Below, piece after piece: positions 36,632 through 45,847 of a DNA stretch of 64,000 nt. Within the stretch, counting starts at the first letter, position 1. Every line of letters starts with the position of its first letter. The stretch comes from Spirochaetota bacterium (lineage in GTDB: Bacteria; Spirochaetota; UBA12135; COTS27; CBDBHE01). The translations under genes were made by a program, and so were the position numbers. The notes beneath the pieces were generated by a model, which did no database searches, was not told the DNA's origin, and was given only the letters and a program-made list of their open reading frames with translations. Where the stretch lies: assembly GCA_965205605.1 (NCBI GenBank), contig CBDBHE010000007.1, forward strand, positions 352,001 to 416,000, read 5' to 3'.

Positions 36632-38317
36632 CTAACGTGTAGTACGTCTTTTCCTGATAAAATGGGTCACAATAACGCTAATAATGAGCACTAGAAAGAT
36701 AATCCTTCCTATAGGGACTGGCATTCCCTCTATCATTAGAGATTTATTCCAAGCTGTATGAGCGGCTGCTATGGCAGTTATCCCTAGCGATAGAGATAAC
36801 AAGATATTCCAAATTAAACGACTTTTCCCTTTAGGGATGTTGTCTTTTAAAACCTTTTTTGAATTCATTAAAAGAAAAAAAGCTAAAAAAGCAATGGGTA
36901 GTAACACGTACCCCAAGGCTGAAGTTGTTACTGCCAAATAAACTTTGGAAGTCCCATTCCATAAAAATGGCCAAAAAATCCCAAACCCTCCAAAAAGAGT
37001 CCCCAGCCGATGCTGCCAACCTCCGTGTTTAACGCCAAACGCCTCGCAAACAACATAACCCGATATGAGCATTAAAACAGATATGGTTGATAGTGCCATA
37101 CCAAGCACTCCCATCCCAAAAATAAAATTTGCAATCCCTCCGCCAACTAGAGGATTAAGAGCCCTAACCAAACGATTGTTATCGCGCTGAATAAGCATAG
37201 AAGCGAGAAATTGTTCTTCTTTGACAATAGGAACCTCTTTTAAACGACCTTCTTCGTGAGACATTCTTTTAGCAATGGCTCGGTTGTATGCCCGTATCTG
37301 CCCTTGATAACGCTGAGTTTCTTTTGTTAATTGATAATTCCCCTCTCTCGTTTCGACCAAAATCCCTTCATAAGGTTTGCCATGAAAAACACTCGCAGAC
37401 GAAATAACAATAAAAGAGGTGATGATCACAAAAGGAAACACCATCCCCACAAGAATATCAAAACCCGCTAACTGACGAAAAGACCTTCCCCATCCCTTTG
37501 CCAGTAAGGAAAAAGGAAGAAGAAATGTCATATTGATCCCCACAGCAGCAGAGGCACCTGCAATCATTCTCAGTCTCTGTGTTTCGAGTATCCATCCTCG
37601 CCAAAAATTTTTAACATCATTATTTTCTATGGTGTCAATAATTTGCTGATACGTTTCCACAGGTCTAAAATACAAAGTCACATCGGGTATAAATCCTTTA
37701 AAAACAGCCCCCCAATCAAGTCCTTTCTCACTTAAAGATAGTGCTAAAACAACACCTGTAAAACTCAAAACAATGACCCCTATCATGATTTTCAACATAA
37801 GCTCGTAGATTTTAATCCCAATTCCTTTCCTTCCATAAAAAGAAGTCACCCCAAAACAAATGGAAAAAACGACAATAGAGACAAAAAATTTATTAGAAAA
37901 AAAGCTCTCCTTTTCAAAAAACCCGGTTAAAATATTATCGCTTAAAGCAGAATACGCCAAACTAAACTGCGGTAATAACCAAATAATATTGGCCGCTAAA
38001 GAAGCAAGAAGCCATCCCCAAGCTAAAGCTGGATTGATATGAAGGTTAATGAGATGAAAAGGACTTTTTTCCGTGGAAAGAGTCACATAAGAAATCCCTA
38101 CCAGCATAGTCGCTCCTAACAACATCGAAAATAACTGTACCCACAGCATCGACGTCCCTCCAATTACCCCTAAGAAAAGAGAGCTAGCAAGTGAGCCTCC
38201 TCCTAAAGTAATCGCACTTTGCATCCATCCTGGGCCAGAAAGCCTGAGGTAAGCTTTGAAAGTAGCTAACCGTCCTTTTTTTTTTGCTCCTTCAAGAAGC
38301 TCTTGTTCTTTCATCAT
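36632..38317 (-). CDS. NRAMP/MntH-like APC-fold transporter lacking the DPGN motif
   Basis: Multi-TM; GPGWMQSAITLGGGS..G..LWVQ; AVGINMTF; ALSTI. Confidence 0.75.
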   Translation of the reverse strand: MMKEQELLEGAKKKGRLATFKAYLRLSGPGWMQSAITLGGGSLASSLFLGVIGGTSMLWVQLFSMLLGATMLVGISYVTLSTEKSPFHLINLHINPALAWGWLLASLAANIIWLLPQFSLAYSALSDNILTGFFEKESFFSNKFFVSIVVFSICFGVTSFYGRKGIGIKIYELMLKIMIGVIVLSFTGVVLALSLSEKGLDWGAVFKGFIPDVTLYFRPVETYQQIIDTIENNDVKNFWRGWILETQRLRMIAGASAAVGINMTFLLPFSLLAKGWGRSFRQLAGFDILVGMVFPFVIITSFIVISSASVFHGKPYEGILVETREGNYQLTKETQRYQGQIRAYNRAIAKRMSHEEGRLKEVPIVKEEQFLASMLIQRDNNRLVRALNPLVGGGIANFIFGMGVLGMALSTISVLMLISGYVVCEAFGVKHGGWQHRLGTLFGGFGIFWPFLWNGTSKVYLAVTTSALGYVLLPIAFLAFFLLMNSKKVLKDNIPKGKSRLIWNILLSLSLGITAIAAAHTAWNKSLMIEGMPVPIGRIIFLVLIISVIVTHFIRKRRTTR

Positions 38318-38795
38318 TTTTTACCCTTCTTTAAAATAAAAATCTCTTATCTTTCCATCATTTTATAGCATAAGTATAACTTAAAATATTATTTTTTATA
38401 ATTCCTTCTTTAAAAAATATTTTTTTTTAAAAAAAATTAATCATTTATAAAAATTTTGGTCTGAAACAGCTTATTAGAAGTAATGGAAAGCATTTTATTA
38501 AGTGTCATCTTTACTAAAAAAATCCTAAAATTTTAAACGAAAAAATATGAAATCAGAACATATACTATAATACCCCTCTATTTATATTTGACAAATGCTT
38601 GCAATCCTGTTATTGACCTCACCTATATGTAGGAAAATTAAACTTTTTTCGTTTAACTACTTATCTTATAAATAAAATAATAAATCTCTCCAGCTGGATT
38701 AATAAATCCAAAGTTAAATACAATTTGGGAAATGTTTTAGCGAAAAAATATAAACAAAAAGCCCTTGAAGATTTAAAAAATACAGAAAGAGATCA

Positions 38796-39686
38796 ATGTT
38801 CATTTTTAATTTCCCCACTTATTTTAATAGATGTTATCATTGTATTATGAAGTTCAATGATAAAATTCTAAAGATAAATATTTCACTTTTTGTAGTCTTT
38901 TTACTAATTGTTAGTCTAATTTTTCCTCAGAAAATTTACGGCGATATTTGGAATATTGCTCCCAATACGTATAAATTTTGGATTAATCAAAATACATCTT
39001 ACACCTCGTATGTTTTAAACGAAACAGGAGACCCTGTAAAAAGTGACTATTTAGACAATGGGTTTTTACAATATACCTCGTTTAGTTTTACATACAGCCC
39101 TACAAGTCAAATTCATGGGTCTATTTTTTTGCCTTTTGAAAAAAAAAAAGACGAAATAGGTCGCCCGATTCCAGACACCTTAGTGAATAGCTTCAATGAT
39201 TACAACCTGCCTCAAGTTTATTTTGATTTACATTATGGTCTTACTGATAATCTATACACCCAAGGACTTGGATTTTTTTATTATTTACCGCTTGAAAAAA
39301 TTGAAAGCAAAACTCATCATGCAGGGATTTCGTTTTCAACTTATTTGAATGTAAAAGAAATTAAGATGGTTTTTATTTCTAGTACTGCTTTAGCTGCTAG
39401 TTATGGATTTTTTAATGAATTTTCTAATGACTTCTTACGAGGAGGCTATGTTTTAGAAAAAATAGAAGTTTATCACGACATTACTTCATCTTTTCAAGGA
39501 CACTATCTTTTTGAAGGAGTGGCTTCTAATTGGTATTACTTTAAAATGGCTTTAGGGGCGTATATTCCTTTGGGGACTAACCGAAGTAAAATAGGCTTTC
39601 ATTACAATAAAATTTTTTTTGGGAAATGGGTCCTTCCATCAGATGGAATAGAAATTTCTTTAGATTATTACTTTACAGTACTTTAG
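38796..39686 (+). CDS. Hypothetical exported protein, possible outer-membrane beta-barrel
   Basis: Signal-like segment after MKFNDK; aromatic-rich alternating strands; C-terminal EISLDYYF. Confidence 0.5.
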   Translation: MFIFNFPTYFNRCYHCIMKFNDKILKINISLFVVFLLIVSLIFPQKIYGDIWNIAPNTYKFWINQNTSYTSYVLNETGDPVKSDYLDNGFLQYTSFSFTYSPTSQIHGSIFLPFEKKKDEIGRPIPDTLVNSFNDYNLPQVYFDLHYGLTDNLYTQGLGFFYYLPLEKIESKTHHAGISFSTYLNVKEIKMVFISSTALAASYGFFNEFSNDFLRGGYVLEKIEVYHDITSSFQGHYLFEGVASNWYYFKMALGAYIPLGTNRSKIGFHYNKIFFGKWVLPSDGIEISLDYYFTVL

Positions 39687-39721
39687 AAATTTTTTTAATT
39701 TCAGTTTCCTTTTTCCACAAC

Positions 39722-39751
39722 TTTACAAAAAAAACCATCTCAAGCTATAAT
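39722..39751 (+). promoter_or_regulatory. Putative sigma70 promoter of hppA
   Basis: TTTACA-N18-TATAAT about 80 bp upstream of the ATG. Confidence 0.45.
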
Positions 39752-39830
39752 AGTGCTTAAACAAATCATACGACTTTAAATGAAAACTCTTTTTTAAAAG
39801 ATAAACAACAATAATCAAAGGAAAAAAATA

Positions 39831-41951
39831 ATGATCAATTTAATGGTAATCGTAGCTAGTTTTAGTTTACTCATTTCAATTTTTTATGCTTTTAAAGTAC
39901 TACGGATTCCGATAGGAAAAGAAATTGAAAAAAAAGAAAAAAAAAAGAAATTGTTGTTAATTCATAAGGCAATTGCCACAGGGGCGAGTACTTTTATTAC
40001 ACAACAAGCCAAGGCATTATTAATTTTTATTTTTTTCTTTGGGTTATTCATCTATTTTATGATTGACAACCCCAAAACGCTTAATATCCAAGAGGGATTA
40101 TTAACAGGGATTGCTTTTTTCTTTGGAGCTATCACATCGATGGGAAGTGGATTTATAGGGATGAAAATTGCCACAGCTGGAAATGCACGTACGGCAAGTG
40201 CAGCTAAAAAATCAATTCAAAAAGCCTTTCAAATTGCCATTCATTCAGGAGCTGTCATGGGTTTTGGTCTAGTGGGGCTGGCTATTTTGGGACTGTTATT
40301 AGTGTATGGATTATTAAAGTTTCTTTTACCTCCAGATGTCTCCACGCATCTTTTAATGGAACTTTTAGCTGGATTTGCCTTAGGGGGGTCTTCGATTGCT
40401 CTTTTTTCAAGAGTGGGGGGAGGAATCTTTACTAAAGCAGCTGATGTGGGGGCTGATTTAGTGGGAAAAGTAGAAAAAGGAATCCCTGAAGATGATCCTA
40501 GAAATCCAGCGGTGATTGCCGATAATGTTGGTGACAATGTAGGAGATGTTGCTGGAATGGGAGCAGATCTTTTTGGATCATGTGCTGAAAGTACCTGTGC
40601 TGCTTTAGTGATTGGCTCTAGTATGGCTTTGATTACAAACTCTCAAAGTGCTTTGTTTTACCCTGTCATGATTTCTGTTATTGGCATTCCTGTTGCCTTA
40701 ATAACAATGTTTTTTGCAAAAGCAAAAACAGAAAAAAAAATCTTTACTTCTTTAAAAAAGATGCTAATTTATTCAACCATTTTCATGGCTATTTGTATGT
40801 ATTTTGTAACAATCTATGCGTTTCCACAAGGGTCTTTTGATATTATAGAAGGGTTTCAAACAAATGCTTTTTCCATTTATCTTTGTCTTTTTACAGGGTT
40901 GTCATGTGGGCTTGCGATTGGACTATTAACAGAGTACTATACCTCTCATCATTACAAACCTGTTAAAGAAATTGCTGAAGCTTCAAAATCAGGTGCGGCG
41001 ACCAATATTATTTTTGGGATTTCTTTAGGTTATTATAGTGCCATTATTCCCATTATTTTAATTGCCATTAGTGTCGTAATCACCCATCAACTGGCCAATA
41101 TGTACGGAGTAGCCATTTGTGCCTTAGGAATGCTTGGGACTTTGATTATAGGCTTAACAATTGATGCTTATGGACCTGTAGCAGATAATGCAGGAGGGAT
41201 TGCTGAAATGAGTGGCCTTGAAAAAGAAACACGACAACGAACAGATATTTTAGATGCCGCCGGAAACACAACCGCTGCCATTGGAAAAGGTTTTGCTATT
41301 AGCTCTGCTATTGTTACTTCATTGGCTTTATTTGCTGCTTTTGTCACTCGCTGTGGCATTCAAATCGTTAATTTAATCGATCCTTATGTTTTAGCTGGAC
41401 TTTTTTTTGGAGCCCTGTTACCCTTTGCTTTTTCAGCAATGACGATGAAATCTGTTGGGAAAGCTGCTTATTCTATGATTGAAGAAGTAAGAGATCAGTT
41501 TAAGAAAAATCCAAATATTTTAAAGGGAACCGTTTTGCCTGATTACACTCGTTGTATTAAAATCTCTACTCAAGCAGCCTTAAGAGAAATGATAGCCCCT
41601 GCTTTAATGATTTTAATCATCCCTATTTTAATTGGCTTTCTTTTTGGAATTAAAATGTTGTGTGGTGTTTTAATCGCTTCTTTAGTTTCTGGTAGTATTT
41701 TAGCCATTGCCAAATCAAACTCAGGGGGAGCTTGGGATAATGCTAAAAAATACATCGAAAGTGGTCACTTGGGAGGAAAAGGCTCTGATGTTCATAAAGC
41801 TTCTGTCGTCGGTGACACACTCGGAGATCCTTTTAAAGATACCTCAGGCCCTTCTTTAAACATTCTATTAAAACTAATGGCTATCTTAAGTCTTGTTTTC
41901 GTGCCTTTTTTTACAAAATATGGGGGTTTTTTATTACCGTTTATTCAATAA
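39831..41951 (+). CDS. hppA: K+-dependent membrane-integral pyrophosphatase, probably H+-pumping
   Basis: [45 protein letters not shown]. Confidence 0.93.
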   Translation: MINLMVIVASFSLLISIFYAFKVLRIPIGKEIEKKEKKKKLLLIHKAIATGASTFITQQAKALLIFIFFFGLFIYFMIDNPKTLNIQEGLLTGIAFFFGAITSMGSGFIGMKIATAGNARTASAAKKSIQKAFQIAIHSGAVMGFGLVGLAILGLLLVYGLLKFLLPPDVSTHLLMELLAGFALGGSSIALFSRVGGGIFTKAADVGADLVGKVEKGIPEDDPRNPAVIADNVGDNVGDVAGMGADLFGSCAESTCAALVIGSSMALITNSQSALFYPVMISVIGIPVALITMFFAKAKTEKKIFTSLKKMLIYSTIFMAICMYFVTIYAFPQGSFDIIEGFQTNAFSIYLCLFTGLSCGLAIGLLTEYYTSHHYKPVKEIAEASKSGAATNIIFGISLGYYSAIIPIILIAISVVITHQLANMYGVAICALGMLGTLIIGLTIDAYGPVADNAGGIAEMSGLEKETRQRTDILDAAGNTTAAIGKGFAISSAIVTSLALFAAFVTRCGIQIVNLIDPYVLAGLFFGALLPFAFSAMTMKSVGKAAYSMIEEVRDQFKKNPNILKGTVLPDYTRCIKISTQAALREMIAPALMILIIPILIGFLFGIKMLCGVLIASLVSGSILAIAKSNSGGAWDNAKKYIESGHLGGKGSDVHKASVVGDTLGDPFKDTSGPSLNILLKLMAILSLVFVPFFTKYGGFLLPFIQ

Positions 41952-42045
41952 ACTTTTTTTTAAAACAATTGCATTGAAAAAAAAAAAATCTTATTTACGA
42001 CATCATTGGAAATTAGGCGTTCACTTAATCTTTAAAACAAAACGA

Positions 42046-42201
42046 TTTGGGGTGAATAACAAATGGTGGGTCCCTTTTGATTCTCTTTGGGGCACTGGCC
42101 CCTTGAAAATGATCTTAAAAACACTTTTGATCCTCCCTCTCGTCAAAAATTACCTGGCTCTCAAAAAAAGAATGGGGCATTCTGTTGGCTTTATTCCCAA
42201 A
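42046..42201 (+). ncRNA. Candidate structured RNA, long imperfect hairpin (6S-like?)
   Basis: GC-richer intergenic island with complementary ends and a second nested stem; G-U pairs favour the + strand. Confidence 0.4.
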
Positions 42202-42229
42202 AAAGAATATGACCTCTTATTTAAAAAAA

Positions 42230-43153
42230 TTAATAATCAATAATAAGGTAATCTTTTGCATTTTGATACGCATTGGCTAATTTAACACTGTAATAAAAAT
42301 CACCACTACTAATACCAAAATAATTCCCCTTAGAAATGAAATCCCCTTCTTTATAGTGACTAACATCAACTGAAAGCAACCCTTCGTACCTTGTTTCATA
42401 ACCATACGAATGATCAATCATGACTGAAAAAAATTTATTTTCATCATTTAAAACAATTTTTTTAATCGTCCCACTGGCCGTCGCAAGTACTTTTAAACCC
42501 ACAACACTTTGAATAAAAAGTTTTTTAGAACCCGCTATTTTACGTAAAGCCCCCAAATGACTTTCAATCGGCCATAACGTAGGGACAAATTTAATAAATT
42601 GTTTTCGTCTTTGAAAAAAATTATTAAGATATTCACTATCATCAGCCAAAACATTATTCTTTAATTTTTTTTTTAAAAGAAAATCAGAAGCTTCAAGTGA
42701 TGATTTTTTTTGAAATAAATTTTCAAATTCTTTTGGGAGGTTTTCTACTGTAAAATCAATGCCTCCAATACCACCTTTTTTTTTTGAATCCACTCTTTTT
42801 TTGCCTACTTTAGAAGCCAATTTTTCTAACTTATTAGTAAAACGAAAATAAACATTCTTATAATAATAATTAAATTCTTCTTCATAAAAAATAGCTAGTT
42901 TTTTTTTTATGATCACATTTTTTTTAAGATCAACTAACTTTATGTGCAAGTAAATTCGATCAATCGCAAAAAAACAAGAAAATAATAAAATTAAAAAAGA
43001 ACCTAAAAGAATGAAAAAAAAAAACTTTTTAGGCAAATTAAAATAAAAAGACTTCTTTTGGCGATTTGTTGAAACAATTAAAATACAACTAAATGCATAC
43101 AAGGTATTTAAAACCCATTTTTTTATTTTCAATACAATCGTTGATATCTTCAT
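42230..43153 (-). CDS. Membrane-anchored M23/LytM-like protein lacking Zn ligands
   Basis: TM + coiled coil + PTLWPI..VLATASG..VMIDH.YGYETRY; HxxxD and HxH absent. Confidence 0.65.
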   Translation of the reverse strand: MKISTIVLKIKKWVLNTLYAFSCILIVSTNRQKKSFYFNLPKKFFFFILLGSFLILLFSCFFAIDRIYLHIKLVDLKKNVIIKKKLAIFYEEEFNYYYKNVYFRFTNKLEKLASKVGKKRVDSKKKGGIGGIDFTVENLPKEFENLFQKKSSLEASDFLLKKKLKNNVLADDSEYLNNFFQRRKQFIKFVPTLWPIESHLGALRKIAGSKKLFIQSVVGLKVLATASGTIKKIVLNDENKFFSVMIDHSYGYETRYEGLLSVDVSHYKEGDFISKGNYFGISSGDFYYSVKLANAYQNAKDYLIIDY

Positions 43154-43218
43154 AAAAGTTAAAAATGAAATTATTTTATATTATCGGAAAAATTATTGAA
43201 GTTTAAACTTAAAAAAAA

Positions 43219-44184
43219 TTAGTCTGGAAATTTATGACGATAAAGCTTACTAACTCGATCTAAAAAAAGCTGTTCTTCAACTCTAAGGGCGTTTAATCCT
43301 TTTTGAGAAATCATTTGTAATAAAACATCAATGGTTTCTTCAATTTGCTTATCTGTCATTTTTCTTTCATCTAAATCAAAATGCTTTTTTCTTTTAAATA
43401 TTCCTCCTTTAAAAAAAAAATTTTTTTCTTTTGAAATTTGAGTATGTTCGTAAACTTGGGAAGAAGACAAACCAAAAAATTCTTTAAAGCTTCCAAATAA
43501 TCGCCTCAATGAATTATTAGGCACTTGATAAAGTTGATTTTTTTGATTTAAAAAAAAGAAAATAACCCCAAATAACATCCCTCCAATATGCCCCGCATGA
43601 GAAACTCCACTCTTGGCATTTGAAAATAAAGAAAACAATTCGATCAATCCATACCCAATGGCAAAATGCTTGGCTTTAAGAGTAATGGGAAGAATGAAAA
43701 ATAAAAGAAGCGTGATTTGCCGCTCTGGAAAATAAAGAGCATACGCCACTAAAATCCCTAAAATAGCCCCACTCGCCCCTAATGTCGTTGGAGCTATTTT
43801 TTGATTGAAATAAAACATCGATACCCAATCAACCAATAAAATAAAAAATCCAGCTCCAATTCCTGTAAAAAAATAATATTGTAAAAAACGTTTCTTTCCC
43901 CATTCTCTTTCTAAATCTGCTCCAAAGAAAAATAAAAACAAAAGATTAAAAAGAATATGCCAAAAATTCCCATGCAAAAACATGTACGTCAAAACTTGCC
44001 AGTACATGTTGTAATTTAAAACTTGGTGATAATTTAAAGCAAACGATTTAACAATCAGTCCATTGAGCCCAGTAAACGTCTGTAAAAAAAAAATAACGAT
44101 ATTAATGATTAATAAAATTTTAACCGCCGGGGTAAAATAACCTCCAAATGGGCTGTTAGATATAGATCGACGATAATAATTCAC
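43219..44184 (-). CDS. Rhomboid intramembrane serine protease with C-terminal soluble tail
   Basis: WQVLTYMFLH, HILFN, GASG and HAGHIGG motifs. Confidence 0.92.
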   Translation of the reverse strand: MNYYRRSISNSPFGGYFTPAVKILLIINIVIFFLQTFTGLNGLIVKSFALNYHQVLNYNMYWQVLTYMFLHGNFWHILFNLLFLFFFGADLEREWGKKRFLQYYFFTGIGAGFFILLVDWVSMFYFNQKIAPTTLGASGAILGILVAYALYFPERQITLLLFFILPITLKAKHFAIGYGLIELFSLFSNAKSGVSHAGHIGGMLFGVIFFFLNQKNQLYQVPNNSLRRLFGSFKEFFGLSSSQVYEHTQISKEKNFFFKGGIFKRKKHFDLDERKMTDKQIEETIDVLLQMISQKGLNALRVEEQLFLDRVSKLYRHKFPD

Positions 44185-44246
44185 AAGACTAAATTTCCTT
44201 TTTACTTCCTAAGTATATCATAACATTCATACAAAAATTTTATTCT

Positions 44247-44275
44247 TTGACCCTATTTAACTTCTATATTATATT
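44247..44275 (+). promoter_or_regulatory. Putative sigma70 promoter
   Basis: TTGACC-N17-TATATT ending 12 bp before the ATG at 44288. Confidence 0.45.
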
Positions 44276-44287
44276 GTAATTATCAAC

Positions 44288-45841
44288 ATGTGTAAGTGGA
44301 TAGAGTATTTTTCCAACCAAAAGCCTTTTCATAAAAAAGCTAATTTCTCTAAAGATTATCCTAATTTTTCTCCTAGTATTGACCAAATCGTTCTGTATCT
44401 TCATAAAAAATCAAAATGGCAAGACCTTCAAAATCACCTTAATTATTTAAACAAACTCCCAATCATTACTTTCCAATCTCGTGAAGTTTCTTCTCTTTTA
44501 ATCATGGTTGAAAATCATAAAAAAGTGATGATAAAAAAATTTTTTTATGATACCCTCGTTCAAAAATTTCAAAATGAATTTCATACTTATCTTTTAGGAT
44601 TATCCCTCCTTTATGAACATCTTTGCGAAGATTTGAGTATTGATTTACACAGTCTTTTTCCTTCTTTTCTTGCCCAAAGAAAAATAGCTCTTTATCCTGA
44701 AGAGTTTAGTTTACTTTATGGTACTCTTAAAGAAGACACCGTCTCTCAAAAAGCATTTTTGTTTTTAAATTTAATTCATTATCAAAAAATCAATCAGGTT
44801 TCCTCTCTTGAAAAAAAAATTATTCGAGATTGCTTAGGTGTTTCTTACACAAAAAGATTACTAGGACTTAAAAAAAATGATTATAAATACTTAGAATCAA
44901 AACCAGACTTAAGCAACCAAAACTCAAAACAACTTGAAATCTACTATAAAGTAAAAGAAGAAATTAGCATCAATCAAATTGATTTTTTAAGTTATACTCA
45001 AAACTATTTAAAAGATAAAAAAATAATTTCATGGTGTTGGTGGATGATTAGTCCTTTCTTGGCTTCGGATGTTTCGACATTACTCCATTTGATTTCAGAG
45101 GCTAAAAAAATCAAACGTGTGTATATTGACTTGTGCACTGAATCTGAAAAAATTTATCAAGATTATATTCAAAATAAAGATATTAAAGAAGAAACCATCG
45201 AAAAGGAAATTAAAAAAATATATCCCCCTACTTTAAAAAATTTTCAAAAAGAAATTTTTCCTTATGAAGTTTTACTTGAAAAATTAAAATTTCTTTCTAT
45301 TCCAGTAAAATGTTTTGGGTTTAACGGTATCGACCTCATAAATAAAGAACCTATTTTAATTAAAGAAAATAATATCCTCGATTACCCCATTGATCAAAAA
45401 TGGAAAAAAGCTCTTTATCAAGAATATCAAAATATTGATCAACTTAAAGAAAATGAAATCATTGTTTATTTTCATTTTATGAAACCCATGTTTTTTTTCC
45501 CACCTAATTTACAAGATTCGCGTATCGAAAAAATTATTCATACCGACCAATTCACTGGATTTGGTTCTCAAAAACCAGAAAACGCTTTGGCTATTTATTC
45601 TTGGTATCACTCAAGTGCTTCTAATTCTTTTATTTATCCTGATATCAAGAAAGCTTCTTTTAAAAATGAAAACATTATTCATTTTCCAAAAATTAATGAT
45701 CAGATTCCAAAGCTTAATTACGCTAAGTTTAATCAATTTAAACTCTATGACACGATGATTTATTCTTCAAAATCAAACGAAGGAGACGGAGAAAAGGATT
45801 TTGTTGAAAATCCAAATTCGATTTTTACTTTTTCATCTTAA
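44288..45841 (+). CDS. Hypothetical protein (517 aa)
   Basis: Long ORF in AT-rich DNA with an upstream promoter; no recognised motif. Confidence 0.6.
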   Translation: MCKWIEYFSNQKPFHKKANFSKDYPNFSPSIDQIVLYLHKKSKWQDLQNHLNYLNKLPIITFQSREVSSLLIMVENHKKVMIKKFFYDTLVQKFQNEFHTYLLGLSLLYEHLCEDLSIDLHSLFPSFLAQRKIALYPEEFSLLYGTLKEDTVSQKAFLFLNLIHYQKINQVSSLEKKIIRDCLGVSYTKRLLGLKKNDYKYLESKPDLSNQNSKQLEIYYKVKEEISINQIDFLSYTQNYLKDKKIISWCWWMISPFLASDVSTLLHLISEAKKIKRVYIDLCTESEKIYQDYIQNKDIKEETIEKEIKKIYPPTLKNFQKEIFPYEVLLEKLKFLSIPVKCFGFNGIDLINKEPILIKENNILDYPIDQKWKKALYQEYQNIDQLKENEIIVYFHFMKPMFFFPPNLQDSRIEKIIHTDQFTGFGSQKPENALAIYSWYHSSASNSFIYPDIKKASFKNENIIHFPKINDQIPKLNYAKFNQFKLYDTMIYSSKSNEGDGEKDFVENPNSIFTFSS

Positions 45842-45847
45842 AAAAAA

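Noticed and set aside
41893-42243. 116-aa ORF overlapping the hppA end
   Set aside because: Overlaps both neighbours and has no motif; the region is better explained by RNA-like structure
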